From Camelus dromedarius (lineage: Eukaryota), in NCBI RefSeq assembly GCF_036321535.1, contig NC_087437.1, positions 35,032,001 to 35,096,000 of the forward strand: a stretch of DNA of 64,000 nucleotides, written 5' to 3'. The notes under the pieces were generated by a model. The model made no database searches. It worked only from the letters and a program-made list of their open reading frames with translations, and had not been told where the DNA came from. The number at the start of each line of letters is the position of its first letter. The first letter of the stretch is position 1. This document shows positions 1 through 11,239 of the stretch, in pieces. Made by a program: the position numbers and the translations under genes.

Positions 1-180
1 GCCAGTTGAGGACACAGCAGGAAGGCAACCATTTGCAACCAAGCTGAGAGGCTTCAGGAGAAATCAAACAATGCCTTGACCTTGGACTTCCAGCCTCCAG
101 AATTGTGAAAAAATAAACTTCTATTGTTTAAGGCACCCAGTCTGTGGTATTTTGTTATGGCAGCCCCAGCAGACTAAGAT
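1..180 (+). mobile_element. MLT1 (ERVL-MaLR) LTR 3' end
   Basis: ttggacttccagcctccagaa...aaataaacttctattgtttaag...gttatggcagccc...actaagata is the typical MLT1 terminus. Confidence 0.85.
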
Positions 181-934
181 AATACATCTATCTAATCACC
201 GCTTTTCAGTATTGCAGTTGAAATCTAAGTCCAGGACTTTCCCTCACTGTGAATATGAAGATTCCCTGCAGAGCATCGTAGAGACATGGTAATGCCCAGA
301 ACAGGTGCTCCTGATCTCCTGATCGTGATTTCTCCAGAAACCTTCAGGCAAACTGTTGCAGACCGTCGTATTTTGAGGCTCATCAAGGAATTTCATTGTT
401 TTGACTGATACCTATTTGGTTAAACTTACAGGTTGTGTTGCATTCTGTGGATTCTGTTTTGATGAAAGATAAATAGCTTTTCCTAAAGTGACTTTCAACA
501 AACTGATGGTCAGCATCTTAGTGAGGGTCCTTCATGAAGCATGGATGAGCCACACCAGCCTCCCCTAGACTTGAACATTCTATTATCTAGTCCCAAAGCT
601 CTGACAATTTCTCTAGTCTTTGACAACATTTCCTGGCATTTGAGTCATTTTGCACTTGTATTAGTGACAACGACAAAGGCAGCTTTGTCTGTATATGGTC
701 ATTCCTCAGTGGCTAATATTTACTTCAAATGATGTACACTTTCTCTAGCTGTATCTCCATGCTCTCTTGGTGCACAACTTTTGAAGACAATTTAAGAACG
801 TTAGGACTCCAAACTTAGGTTAAAACTGAACCTTGAATGCCTACTTACTACTCATCTTGCTACTGACTATATTTTTTAACTCCCCTGGTCCTACAAAACC
901 AAAAAATCTCATCTATAAAAGTGGTATCTCCACA

Positions 935-1105
935 TTACTATATATAAAATAGATAAACAACAAGGACCTACTGGGTAGCACAGGGAACTATGTTCAATTT
1001 CTTGTAGTGAGTTGTAATGGAAAAGAATTAAAAAAATACATATATGTGTGTATATATATACATACATATATATATATATATGTATATATAACTGAATAGC
1101 TTTGA
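935..1105 (+). mobile_element. L1 3' UTR fragment (artiodactyl type) with (TA)n
   Basis: atataaaatagataaacaacaaggacctact...agcacagggaacta; the same 3' end recurs elsewhere in the window. Confidence 0.8.
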
Positions 1106-2282
1106 CATGAAAAAATAGATATCAGTGCAGAGAAATATGAAAAATCAGAGAATAATAGTAATTTAAAACAAAACCTGAGTATAGCCATTTCTGTCTTCTG
1201 GGAGGGGTATGGAAGGGAAGGAGGGCATAATTCATATCAGCAGTTGAACAATGCATCTCTCCCTCTCTCTTCAAGAAAGAAGGGAAAAGACTGAAGTTGC
1301 CAAACCTCTGCCCATTTTTCTCTGCAGATAAAGAGTTGGATCTGGAGTCGATGCCTGAGTTGTTAAAGCACTGGGGAGTAGAAATGTGTTTGATGCTCTA
1401 GCAGTGGGTGGAAAGTGAAATTGCTTTGCAGACTAATACAAGGGAAATAGAGTTTCTTGGGGAAACTTAGGGGAGGAAGGTGTCCAAAGAGGAGAAGCAG
1501 GGAGTGTGGGGTCAGAAAAGGAATAAGAAAGCAAGGCAGGAGGCCAGACCCTGCTGAGATGGAGGTGCTCTGGGCAAAATTCCAGTAACCACAGTGACCA
1601 GAAGACTAACGCCCAGGATATGGAAATACAAAGCTCAACTTTCAGCTGTTCACCAGATGTTGCTATCCTGTAGTCCCACACTTCATACACAACATCCTCA
1701 AAGTCTAAAAAGCTGCTGCACATGCATGAGGAGAAATAAGAATGATTTTTCTCTGCTTGTAAAGAAGCACATTCCTCTTCCTTCACTTTGAAAGGGTCTC
1801 TTTAGAAACAAAATGGTCCTTGAGTCCTACTTTCACTTTTTGGAATGTAGGCAGATCTCTCCAGGGTTCAATAAGCCCCTTGTCCTGTTGCTCCACACAG
1901 AGTTATCTCCAAGGTCTGGGCTTCCGACCCCCGTGAAATGTCTGCACACAGCTTGCGAGTTAACCTAGCCAGCTGTCTTGAGTAACTATATGTCTCTGAA
2001 GGAGATCAAAGAAGTTTTTTCTTTTCTTCTGCTTTACTCAACCATGTGAACTTCATCCTGACTTCATAGTTACTCATAGGCTACCTACATGCTTGGACCA
2101 CTCTGCTGTGCTTACTCAGTACTGAATTAGATTCCTGGACCCAGTTCTAACATGGAGGGGGAGGGTTTCCCACACAACACCAAGCAATTCTCAGACACCA
2201 ATAGGGTATCTGAGAATTCAACTCAGTTCTGACACTACCTACCCAGAGATACCATCAGATTCCACAGGTTAAGGGTTCAGTC

Positions 2283-3103
2283 CATTAATGAAAGAAACGG
2301 GCCCCAAATGAGGTCACTAGTGCTAAGCCTCATGTCAGCAAACGAAGACTTAATATGTAACCTAATTGCAGTTTCAGCCTCTCCTAGGAATGTGACATCG
2401 AACAACCTGGAATTATAGGATACTCCATTTTATTGTGCTTCACTTCTTTGTGTTTCACAGATATTGTGTTTTGTTTTTCTTTTAATTGAAGGTTTGTGGC
2501 AACCCTACATCAAGCAAGGCTATTGATGCCATTTTTCCAACAGCATTTGCTCACTTGTGTCTGTGTGTCACCTTCTGGTAATTCTCGCAATATTTCAAAC
2601 CCTCAATCAACGAAAATATTGACTCACTGAAGGCTCAGATGACTGTTTTTTAGTAATAAAGTATTTTTTAATTAAGGTATGTACATTGTTTGTTAGACAT
2701 AAAGCTATTGCACACTTAATAAATTACAGTATAGTGTAAACAGAACTTGTATATGCACTGGGAAACCAAAAAATTGTGTGACTCGTTTTATTGTGACATT
2801 CTGTGTATTGCCGTGGTCTGGAACTGAACCCGCAATATATCCGAAGTATGCCTATACTTGGTCAGCACCAGGTAAACTGCCTTATAGACCCCACCTTCCC
2901 ACAAAGGAAGGTGACCTTGCCTGAGATAATCCATCCTTTGCTAGAGACATCCTCTTCCCACCTCCTTCTGCCTATAAAAGCCTTTCATTTTGTACTGCTC
3001 CTTGGAGTTCCTTTTTCTCTGCTAGAGGGGATGCCGATTTATGAATCACTGAATAAAGCCAAGTAGACTTTTAAATTTACTCAGTGAGTTTTGTGTTTTA
3101 ACA
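2283..3103 (+). mobile_element. ERV1-type solo LTR inserted in the MER21-like LTR
   Basis: TATA-like CCTATAAAAG, AATAAA, TTTTAACA terminus; AGTC/AGTG 4-bp flanks. Confidence 0.7.
2416..2854 (+). mobile_element. Tigger1-derived internally deleted DNA transposon (TcMar-Tigger)
   Basis: Degenerate Tigger1 termini (taggatactcc... / ...gaagtatgccta) flanked by TA; internal aattgaaggtttgtggcaaccct. Confidence 0.85.
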
Positions 3104-3136
3104 AGTGCTACAAGAACCGCTTCCCACCCCCACCAC

Positions 3137-3140
<4 letters not shown>

Positions 3141-3182
<42 letters not shown>
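3141..3182. repeat. (CA)14(CG)7 compound microsatellite
   Basis: Read directly from the sequence. Confidence 0.95.
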
Positions 3183-3186
<4 letters not shown>

Positions 3187-4991
3187 TCCGACGCCAGCCG
3201 AAAGCCCAGGCTGTTACCTGTGCTTCTGACCAACTGGCTATAAATTAGAGGTTCCCATGACATCCTTCTTGGGTTCAATTAATTTTCTAGAGTGACTCAT
3301 AGAACTCAGAGAAACATTTTAGTTACTAGATTACTGGTTTTTTATAAAAGGATATAACTCAGAAACACCCAGATGGAACAAGTTTATCTGTATAGCACAG
3401 GAAACTGTATTCTGTATCTTGTAGTAACCTATAATGAAAAAGTATATGAAAAGGAATATATGTATGTATATGTAAGACACCTTTATCATTCTCCACACTT
3501 ATGAAATTCCAAGAGTTTTGGGAGCTGTGAGCCAGGATGTAGATGAAGACCAAATATATATGAGAAATATATTTTGGTCATCTTATTGACCAATATATAT
3601 TCCTTATAAAGCACAATATCTGCTGTACTAAATCAGTTTTCTGCATTGATGTGGAGGGGTCTCTCTTTGTTGGTAGGACTTTTATTTCACCAATACATGC
3701 AAATGACTTATGTTTTAGATGTAAGTCAAGAAAAAGGAGATATGACCTATATTGCGGACTGTGCTCTAGAGAGTAGACAAGGGGTTCTTACACAGAAGTA
3801 ATTTATCAAAAGGGAAAGTTTAGAGCCAGAGAAGATATGGAGAAATGCAGTACTCACTCCACCGCCTTCCCTTTCCCCCTACCTGTGACATGTCTTAACT
3901 CCTAGAGCTGTTCAGAGCAACTCTGGTTTTCTAGTTATGAAGCTGGAATCAATTTTATTAGGATCTTCTTACTTTAGTTGACATTGGGTTAAATACATTA
4001 ACTATTTAATGTTTGATCTAACTGGGATCATCCTGTATAAATGGTTTTTATTTCTACCAATTTTATAAAAGGAACATTTATGTAATATCCTCCCATGTTA
4101 AGGAATGTTTTTAAAAACATCAGTTTGATACACTGAATAACACTAAATGGATTCATAAAAACTTAATCATTTTTTCTTTTTTGGCCATTATAGATAATAT
4201 TTTAATGAGCAGCTCTGGTTTTTGTTTTTATTTTTTAACTTTCTATTTGGATATGATTTTAAACTCACAGAACATTTGCAAGAATAGTACAAAGAAAACC
4301 CATATACCTTCCACCTAGATTAACCTCTCATTCGCGTCGCATCCCATTTGCTTTATCATTTGCTCTTTGTTGCTGAGGGGAGAAACTTTTCCTTTACCAG
4401 CTTAGGTCAGAGTAGGGTGGTGTGAGTTAACTGACAATAGCCAGATTCACAGGAGAAAAGACAAGGCTAATTTACATACCTGTGAGACCACTCCTAACAG
4501 TCATATATAGCAGCTTAATAGAGAAGAGTGAGGGGAGGTGTTAAAGGCTTCAGTGGGAAAGTACTGGGCTTTGTCACCTGATACAAATGAGCAGCCTCAT
4601 TCCTGGCTGGAAAACCCCTGGAGGGGAATTTATGGCAGCTGAATTGTCATCTCCTGGTGCTGAGATTCAATTTTCCCCCAAACATGAAACTCCCTTGGAG
4701 AAGGGTTAATGGCAGTTGTATTTGGGGGGTGGGGGGTGGTCTGCATTAGTGAGATAAGGGAGTTCAGATAAGATTTCTTTATGCGTCTTTTGTTCAAATG
4801 TTTCTCATTTAAAGTCATCTTATTACCTCCCCCCCACACAAAAAAAAACCCCAAAACTTTTTGTACACCAGAAATTGACACAACATTGTAAACTGACTGT
4901 AACTCAATAATAAATAAATAGATAAATAAAGTCATCTTTATGCCATTCTAGTGGGCTGTTAGTTCCTTCATTGCTCTGTCTATATCTCTGT

Positions 4992-5453
4992 TGTCAACTG
5001 GGAAAAATGCACAACCTAAAAGTTGAGAATTACATTTTATTCTGCAGCCACTCTGAGGACCTCAAGCCCTGGAGACAACCTCTCAGATCTCTCTAAGGGA
5101 CTGCTCTGAGGAGGTAAGGGAGGAGCCAGGATATATAGGAGTTTTTGCAACAAAGACTGGATAGTCAGAACATCAAAAGATTACTGTTCATTAAAAAAAC
5201 AAACAAACAAAAAAACCAAAAAACCCCAACATCTCAAGTTAAGGAATTTAGTGCTTTTCTATGTTTGGGAAGATGCAAGACTCTGGGCTCAATGAAATCA
5301 TTCCTTTGATTACACCTTAGCTACCTAGGGCCAGTGTCCTCTTCTATCCCACCCTGAGTCTCCTCTGGGTGCACTGTTGTGGGTGGCTGTAGAGGCTTGA
5401 TGGCTTCAACATCTTTTGTTTGCTGGTATGGCAGGCAACAGTTTTCATTCACA
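4992..5453 (-). mobile_element. ERV solo LTR (same family as 6081-6583)
   Basis: Reverse complement starts TGTGAATGAAAA and ends CAGTTGACA. Confidence 0.75.
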
Positions 5454-6080
5454 CTACATGTAGATAGATATAATATATAGATACATATATAGGTTTAAAC
5501 TCACAGATTATGTCCATTTTTCTGAACCATTTTTTCCCATTGTATTTATCCCTAATACTTCAGTCTGAATGAATTGTTAAAAGACAAACTGAGACATATT
5601 AAAATTTTTAAGACTTTATTTGAGCAAAAATCAATTCCAATCAGGCAGTGCCAAACTGGAAGTGGTTACGAATGCTCCACCCGACAGGAGCTCAAGGAGA
5701 AATTTTATAGAGAAAAGGCAAAAACAAAGCAAAGGAATTACTTGATTGGCTATAACTTTAGTTCACCTTATTTGGAAAAGCCTAATTTGCTGCTGGTTGT
5801 TTGTTGTCCTTTGGTTTTGATTTCTTAACCTTGAGGCATTTACAGCCTTAGGTTTTGGTTTGCTTATGTAGTCAAACCATCTTGGTCTAATGACCGCCTT
5901 GTTTAATTACTTTAGCCTTACAAAGAATAGGATATACCTCTTACATAACCGCAGTGCAGTTATCAACTTTAGTATAGTTAACAGTGATATAATTATATTT
6001 CCTAATCTACCATCCACATTCCAATTTTGTCAATTGACCCAATAATTTATTTATAGCAATTTTTTCCTTCTCCATTATAG

Positions 6081-6583
6081 TGTGAATGAAAAATACTGCA
6101 AACCATATCAGTAAACAAGAAATACTGAAGCCATCAAATCATCAGCCGCTGCCACCCCCCTAGTGAAGACAAGCCTGCAGCCCAGCCTCTGCAGCCACTC
6201 ACAGTGGTGCACCCTGAGGAAACTCAGAATAAGAAAGGACAGGATACTGGCCCTAGATAGCTAGGTGCTTGTCAAAGGAAAGAATTCAGTGAGCCCAAAT
6301 GTTTGCTTCCTCCCATACTTAGAAAAGCACTAAATTCTTTAACTTGAGATGCCTGGTTTTCTTTAATTAACAAGTAATCTTTAAATGTTCCAACTACCTG
6401 GTCTTTGTTGTAAAGCTCCTATATATCCTAGCTCCTCCCCTACCGCTTTGGAGCAGTCCCTCAGAGCCATCTGAGAGACTGTCATTCCAGGCTTGAAGGG
6501 GTTCGAGTCCTCAGAAATGTCCACCAAATAAAACATAACTCTCAACTTTTAGGCATTGTCGACTGCATTTATTTCAGTTGATA
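6081..6583 (+). mobile_element. ERV solo LTR with 4-bp TSD ATAG
   Basis: Starts TGTGAATGAAAA, contains AATAAA, ends CAGTTGATA; ATAG at 6077-80 and 6584-87. Confidence 0.8.
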
Positions 6584-6613
6584 ATAGGATCCAATTTATG
6601 ATCAGATTTTAAA

Positions 6614-6829
6614 CAGTGGACCCTTGAACAACATGGGTTTGAACTGTGCAGGTCCATTTATACGGGGATCTCTAGTAAATACATGCTGCAGGACTACCGC
6701 GTCCTCAGTTGGCTGAATCCGAGGATGTGGAACTACAGACACGGAGGTCCCACTGTGAAGTTATGGGCAGATTTTCAACTGCACAGAAGGTCGGTGCCTC
6801 TAACCCTCGAGTTGTTGGAGGGTCATCTC
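6614..6829. mobile_element. Tigger2-derived MITE (MER8-like)
   Basis: TIR cagtggacccttgaacaac ... gttgttggagggtcatctc. Confidence 0.8.
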
Positions 6830-9800
6830 TATTTAGTTGTCACATCTCTACAGTCTCCTTTAATATCGGACATTTCCTTGGCTTTTCATTGTCTTTTATG
6901 ACATTGACATTTTTCGGAAAAAAATCCCTTTAAAGAAAAGTTCAAATATACTTTGAGTTTGTCTAATAGTTCCTAGAATGGTACATTAGTGATGTGTGTC
7001 CTCAGAAGACCACACCTGGAGGCACACAATCTGTGTGCCTTCTGTCCTTCATTTGTGATGTTCATTCTGATCTCTGGTCAAGGTGTTGTTCACATAGTTA
7101 GCTGGGTTTGTTGCCGAGTCCAACTCGTTCTGCTCGCCACACAACAGGCCAGTAAATCGGGAGATGAGGTGTTGGGGCAAGGAATAGCGACTTTATTTGG
7201 AAAGCCAGCAGACCTAGAGGATGGCAGACTAATGTCTTGGAGAACCATCCTGCTCTAGTCAGAATATAGGCTCCTTTTATACAAAAAATAAGGGAGGGGG
7301 TGTGGTTGATTGTTGTAATCTTCTTGCTGCAGGCATTCTTTGTCCTTGCAGCCATCCGTGGGCCAGGTCATGGTGTCCCTGTAAACCTCCAACAAAACAA
7401 AGGTTATTCTCTACTTCTGTGCAGAGTTAGTTCAGTAGCGCACCTTTGGTGGATATCAGAACCTAGTCTTGTTAATTGTCTTGGAGGTTTTGTTGTCTAC
7501 CTGTAAACTGGACTGTATTCTGAATTCTGATTTCCTCAACCATCTGGCTATGAAACTCTCCAAACTAACATTTCTCATTTTCTTCCACCCTCTGACTTGA
7601 CGTCATTAAGAACAAAGGCTGCCCTTTTCCTTGCAGACTGAAGCTGGACAGTGTGATACAAACTTCAGAGAAATCACTGCAACAGTCCACGTATGGACAA
7701 CCTCTATGCCTGTTGTTGTGTGAGCCACTCATAAAGTTTCCTGGAAATCACTGGCTGCCCTCAGGACACAGAAACTGGATTTATAGTCTGCTCCAATAAT
7801 TAACCTTTATTTTTCTTTTGTTTCCATAGAAATACCTCATTAAATACCTGATTGCTTGAACCAGATAGGCCTACGTTTGGGAGCCCACCTGTATCACTGC
7901 TTTATGGGTTCAGAATATTTCACCCCAAAATATGCCATGTTGGCATTTTGATTATTTTGAGTTAAAGTTACTTGAGAAATAGCTGTTGCAAGGAGGGCAC
8001 TCTGACCCTCCTTGTTCCCCTAAAAGTAGGAGATAAATCTCCCTTGTGAAAGGTAACTTCCTTGTACCAGGAGGGTAGGAGATAGAATGCATCCTCATCA
8101 TCCTTATCAGATAGGGAATTTAGGGCCAAGAAGCCTGTATAAACAAACCTTGCTACTTCTTCCCCATTTTACTACCCCAAGCCCAAACGCCCTTGTCTTG
8201 TCAATTCTTCACAAATTTATTGTTTGTCTAAACTCTGTGAAAGCTGCCTGCTTTGGTCACTTCTTTGAGTCTCATGTCTTTGTGGGGCTCTCATATTTCT
8301 GCACATAATTACATTTATCTCCTGTTTATCTGTCTTTTTATTACAGAGGGGGTCTCAGCCAAGAACCTAGAAGGGAATAGAGGAAATTATTTTTCCTCCC
8401 TTATACCATCTCCTGAAAGAGACACAACTCTTAACTGAATGGACCTTCTCTCAGAACTAAGACACTAGTTCAGTGAGACGGAGGAGCCACCAACTTCACA
8501 AGGACTCTGACATGTATTGGGGATGTATGAAAGATGGGAGTGAAAAGTAGCAGAATATGCCATCCCAAAATATACCTCTTTGGTATAAGGATTATTATCA
8601 GCTGGTTGTTTTTTAAGAAACAGCAGATGCAGGAGAAAATCTACAAACAATTGAATTTACCCTTTTTTAAAGGAAATCTCCATTGATTAGGGTATCTCCC
8701 TCTCTGTACCAGGAAGAGAAGAATGATCCTAAATCACAGGGAATTCTTATCAGTGGAGAAGGTGCTGGCTTAAATCTGCATAACAACTTTACTCTATTTA
8801 CTGTTTTTCCTGATAACCCCTCATAACTGCCCCCACTCCACTTATTCTTCTGTCTTTAGCTGAAGATGATGGTGCTTTGGGCCATTTCAGGAAGTTTTAC
8901 TCAGTTTTCCTGGGTATGGCTCATGTATACATGAGATGGATGAGTTAAAAAAAAGTTTGTTTGCTTTTCTCTTATTAATCTGTCTTTTATTATTGGGGGG
9001 GGGATCTTATCACAAAACCTAAAAGGGTAAAGGGAAAATTATTTTTCCTCCCCTATAGTTGGAAGACTGTGAAAATATCCCACTTTTCATCAAAAATTTC
9101 CTTCTAGATCTGGCATTTATTGATGATTATTGACTAAACCAATCTTTAGTGTTTGGCTGAAAAAAATAAAGGCTTTCCAATTCGAACACTCTTTTTTACA
9201 TTTAAAGTCAGCACTTTCTTACACCTGCAGTGCATGAAATTAACAATTCATCTACCCTCATTAACATTTATTGTCTTTTCCCTAACTTTATAGGTTAGAA
9301 AGTGTATCATATTTTTTGTGTTTCCTAGATTATTAATAAAATTTATTAATTTTAAACTGTGTTCATTAAATTATCCACTTATATTGTATCTATTTTTATC
9401 AAGAGTTCAGTGTTTTATGTATCTGCATGAGATGTTTATATATATTAAATGCTGTTAACCCATTCTCATATTTGTGACAATTATTTTCCTAGTTTGTTGT
9501 TTGCATTTCAATTCTGTTCATACTTTTACCTTACATTCAACCATTTAATTTTTGTTCTGAGTCAAATGTATCCATCTTTTCTTTTGTGATTTTTTCCTAT
9601 TGATAAAATACTTAGGAAGTCTATTTTATAGAGTATATAATAAATTCTATAATAAATATTTTAGTGTTGGTTATAGTCATACTGCCCACATTGAAAAGGG
9701 CTTTTTGTATGTGTGGAAGAGAGGGATAAGGAAGAATGACAATTAGTTCCAAAGATATATATATATAATAATAGTTATTAATGCTAGAACTTTTAATGAA

Positions 9801-9830
9801 AAAGATAGTGTGTGTTTCTAAGAGTTCTTT

Positions 9831-10173
9831 ATATATATATATTTATTGAAGTATAGTCAGTTCACAATGTTGTGTCAATTTCTGGTGTATAGCACAATAT
9901 TTCAATCGTATAGTAACATACATATATTCATTTTCATATTCGTTTTAACCATAAGTTACTAGAAGATATTGAATATAGTTCCTTGTGCTATACAGTATGA
10001 ACTTGTTGTATATCAGATTTTGTGAGAATCCTGTATTTTGAAATGAGAGACACTCTGCCAGAGTTCAGTAGGTGTTCTGTGCAATTCAATGGGTTTATAG
10101 ATGTAATTCTTCGTGTATTTGTGGGAGAGGGTGAGCTGTGAGTGTCTCTACTCTGCCATCTTGGCTCAACGTG
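9831..10173 (-). mobile_element. Internally deleted L1 (5' end fused to 3' end) with 11-bp TSD
   Basis: TSD AAGAGTTCTTT at 9820-30 and 10174-84; minus strand begins GAGCCAAGATGGCAGAGTAG and ends in the L1 3' UTR plus AT-rich tail. Confidence 0.75.
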
Positions 10174-10940
10174 AAGAGTTCTTTTAATATCAGGATCATT
10201 CACAACTTTCTCCTTAGGGTCAGGAGTATTTAAAAAGTAATATGACAACATCAAGCAAAATATTACTTGCTGTTTTTTATTTTTAAAAAAGATCAAATGG
10301 GGTAAAGATGCCCTCTAGTGGAAGCTAGGTCCTTTTTACACACAAACTGAAGAACAGAAAACTACAATTATAAGGCACTTGGGATGTGCAGCTATGAATA
10401 ATAGAATCAATAACAGAATTAAGAAATTAATTACCTTATATAAGAAATATACTCCCATCTATATGTTCTTCCTGAATGGATTTAAAACATTTTTTAATTA
10501 CTTCTAAGGTGCATCATCATCCAGTAAATAGGAATGAACAAATTGTCCTGGTTATTTTCTGTTTTGAAAAAAAGAGTTTGTCACTCTTTATTGACAAGGA
10601 AATCTGTTTGTTTGTTTTTTTCTCACAAGTTTACACAAGTAAATATTGACTTGTTCAATAGATAATCTGAATATGTTATCAGAATTTGCCTTAATTTTAT
10701 GAAAGAAATTGCCTTAATATTGTGAAAGAAAATAGTTTGTAAAGTTATCAATGGTTCTAGTGATAAATATCTAGAAAAGTAAGATGTTGAAAGAAATTTT
10801 ATTTTATGACTTTCAAGGTGCTTGAAAAAGAGATAAAAGGATAAAGGACTTGAGTGTGTAGAGTTGATGGGGGGTGAGAGTTACACCCTCGGAGGCTAGC
10901 CCAGGGTCTTGTTCACAGTGGAAATCAATAAACATTGTTG

Positions 10941-11062
10941 GTGGAGGGTTTTGCTCAGTGGTAGAGTGCATGCTTAGTGTGCAGGAGGTCCTGGGTTCAA
11001 TCTCCAGTACCTCCATTAAAAAATAAATAAGTAAATAAACCTAATTACCCCCCATCCCCCAA
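10941..11062 (+). mobile_element. Vic-1-like tRNA-derived SINE with 14-bp TSD
   Basis: A box GCTCAGTGG, B box GGTTCAATC, A-rich tail; TSD AATAAACATTGTTG at 10927-40 and 11063-76. Confidence 0.85.
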
Positions 11063-11239
11063 AATAAACATTGTTGAGGTGATACAAGTTGTTCCCTAAC
11101 CATCTGAAATAAAATGTTTTCTGAATGAATTAGTAAGATGATTGAGGTACTAAAGTATCTGTAAAATGCAAAAATCCATTGCTTCATTGATTTAAATCTG
11201 TCTTGTAACAGACTCACAGATGTAGAAAAAGAAAAAAAC

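Larger units (their letters stand above)
2120..3620 (-). mobile_element. MER21-like LTR, interrupted by nested elements
   Basis: Pieces 2120-2282, 3104-3375 and 3473-3620 resemble the intact copy at 16682-17544 (e.g. ccacagg..aagggttcagtcc / acaaga). Confidence 0.75.
4230..9060. mobile_element. Old L1M fragment peppered with multiple ERV LTRs and ERV internal pieces
   Basis: Several TG...CA-bounded segments with AATAAA/TTTATT signals (about 4370-4970, 4992-5453, 5575-5920, 6081-6583, 7105-7420, 7905-8405, 8540-9057); boundaries approximate. Confidence 0.65.

Noticed and set aside
10683..10730. Short imperfect tandem duplication (TTGCCTTAAT..T.TGAAAGAAA twice)
   Set aside because: Ordinary slippage in AT-rich DNA with no functional context.
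10941..11015. tRNA-like gene (A and B boxes)
   Set aside because: Has an A-rich tail, a TSD and multiple diverged copies in the window, so it is a SINE rather than a tRNA gene.
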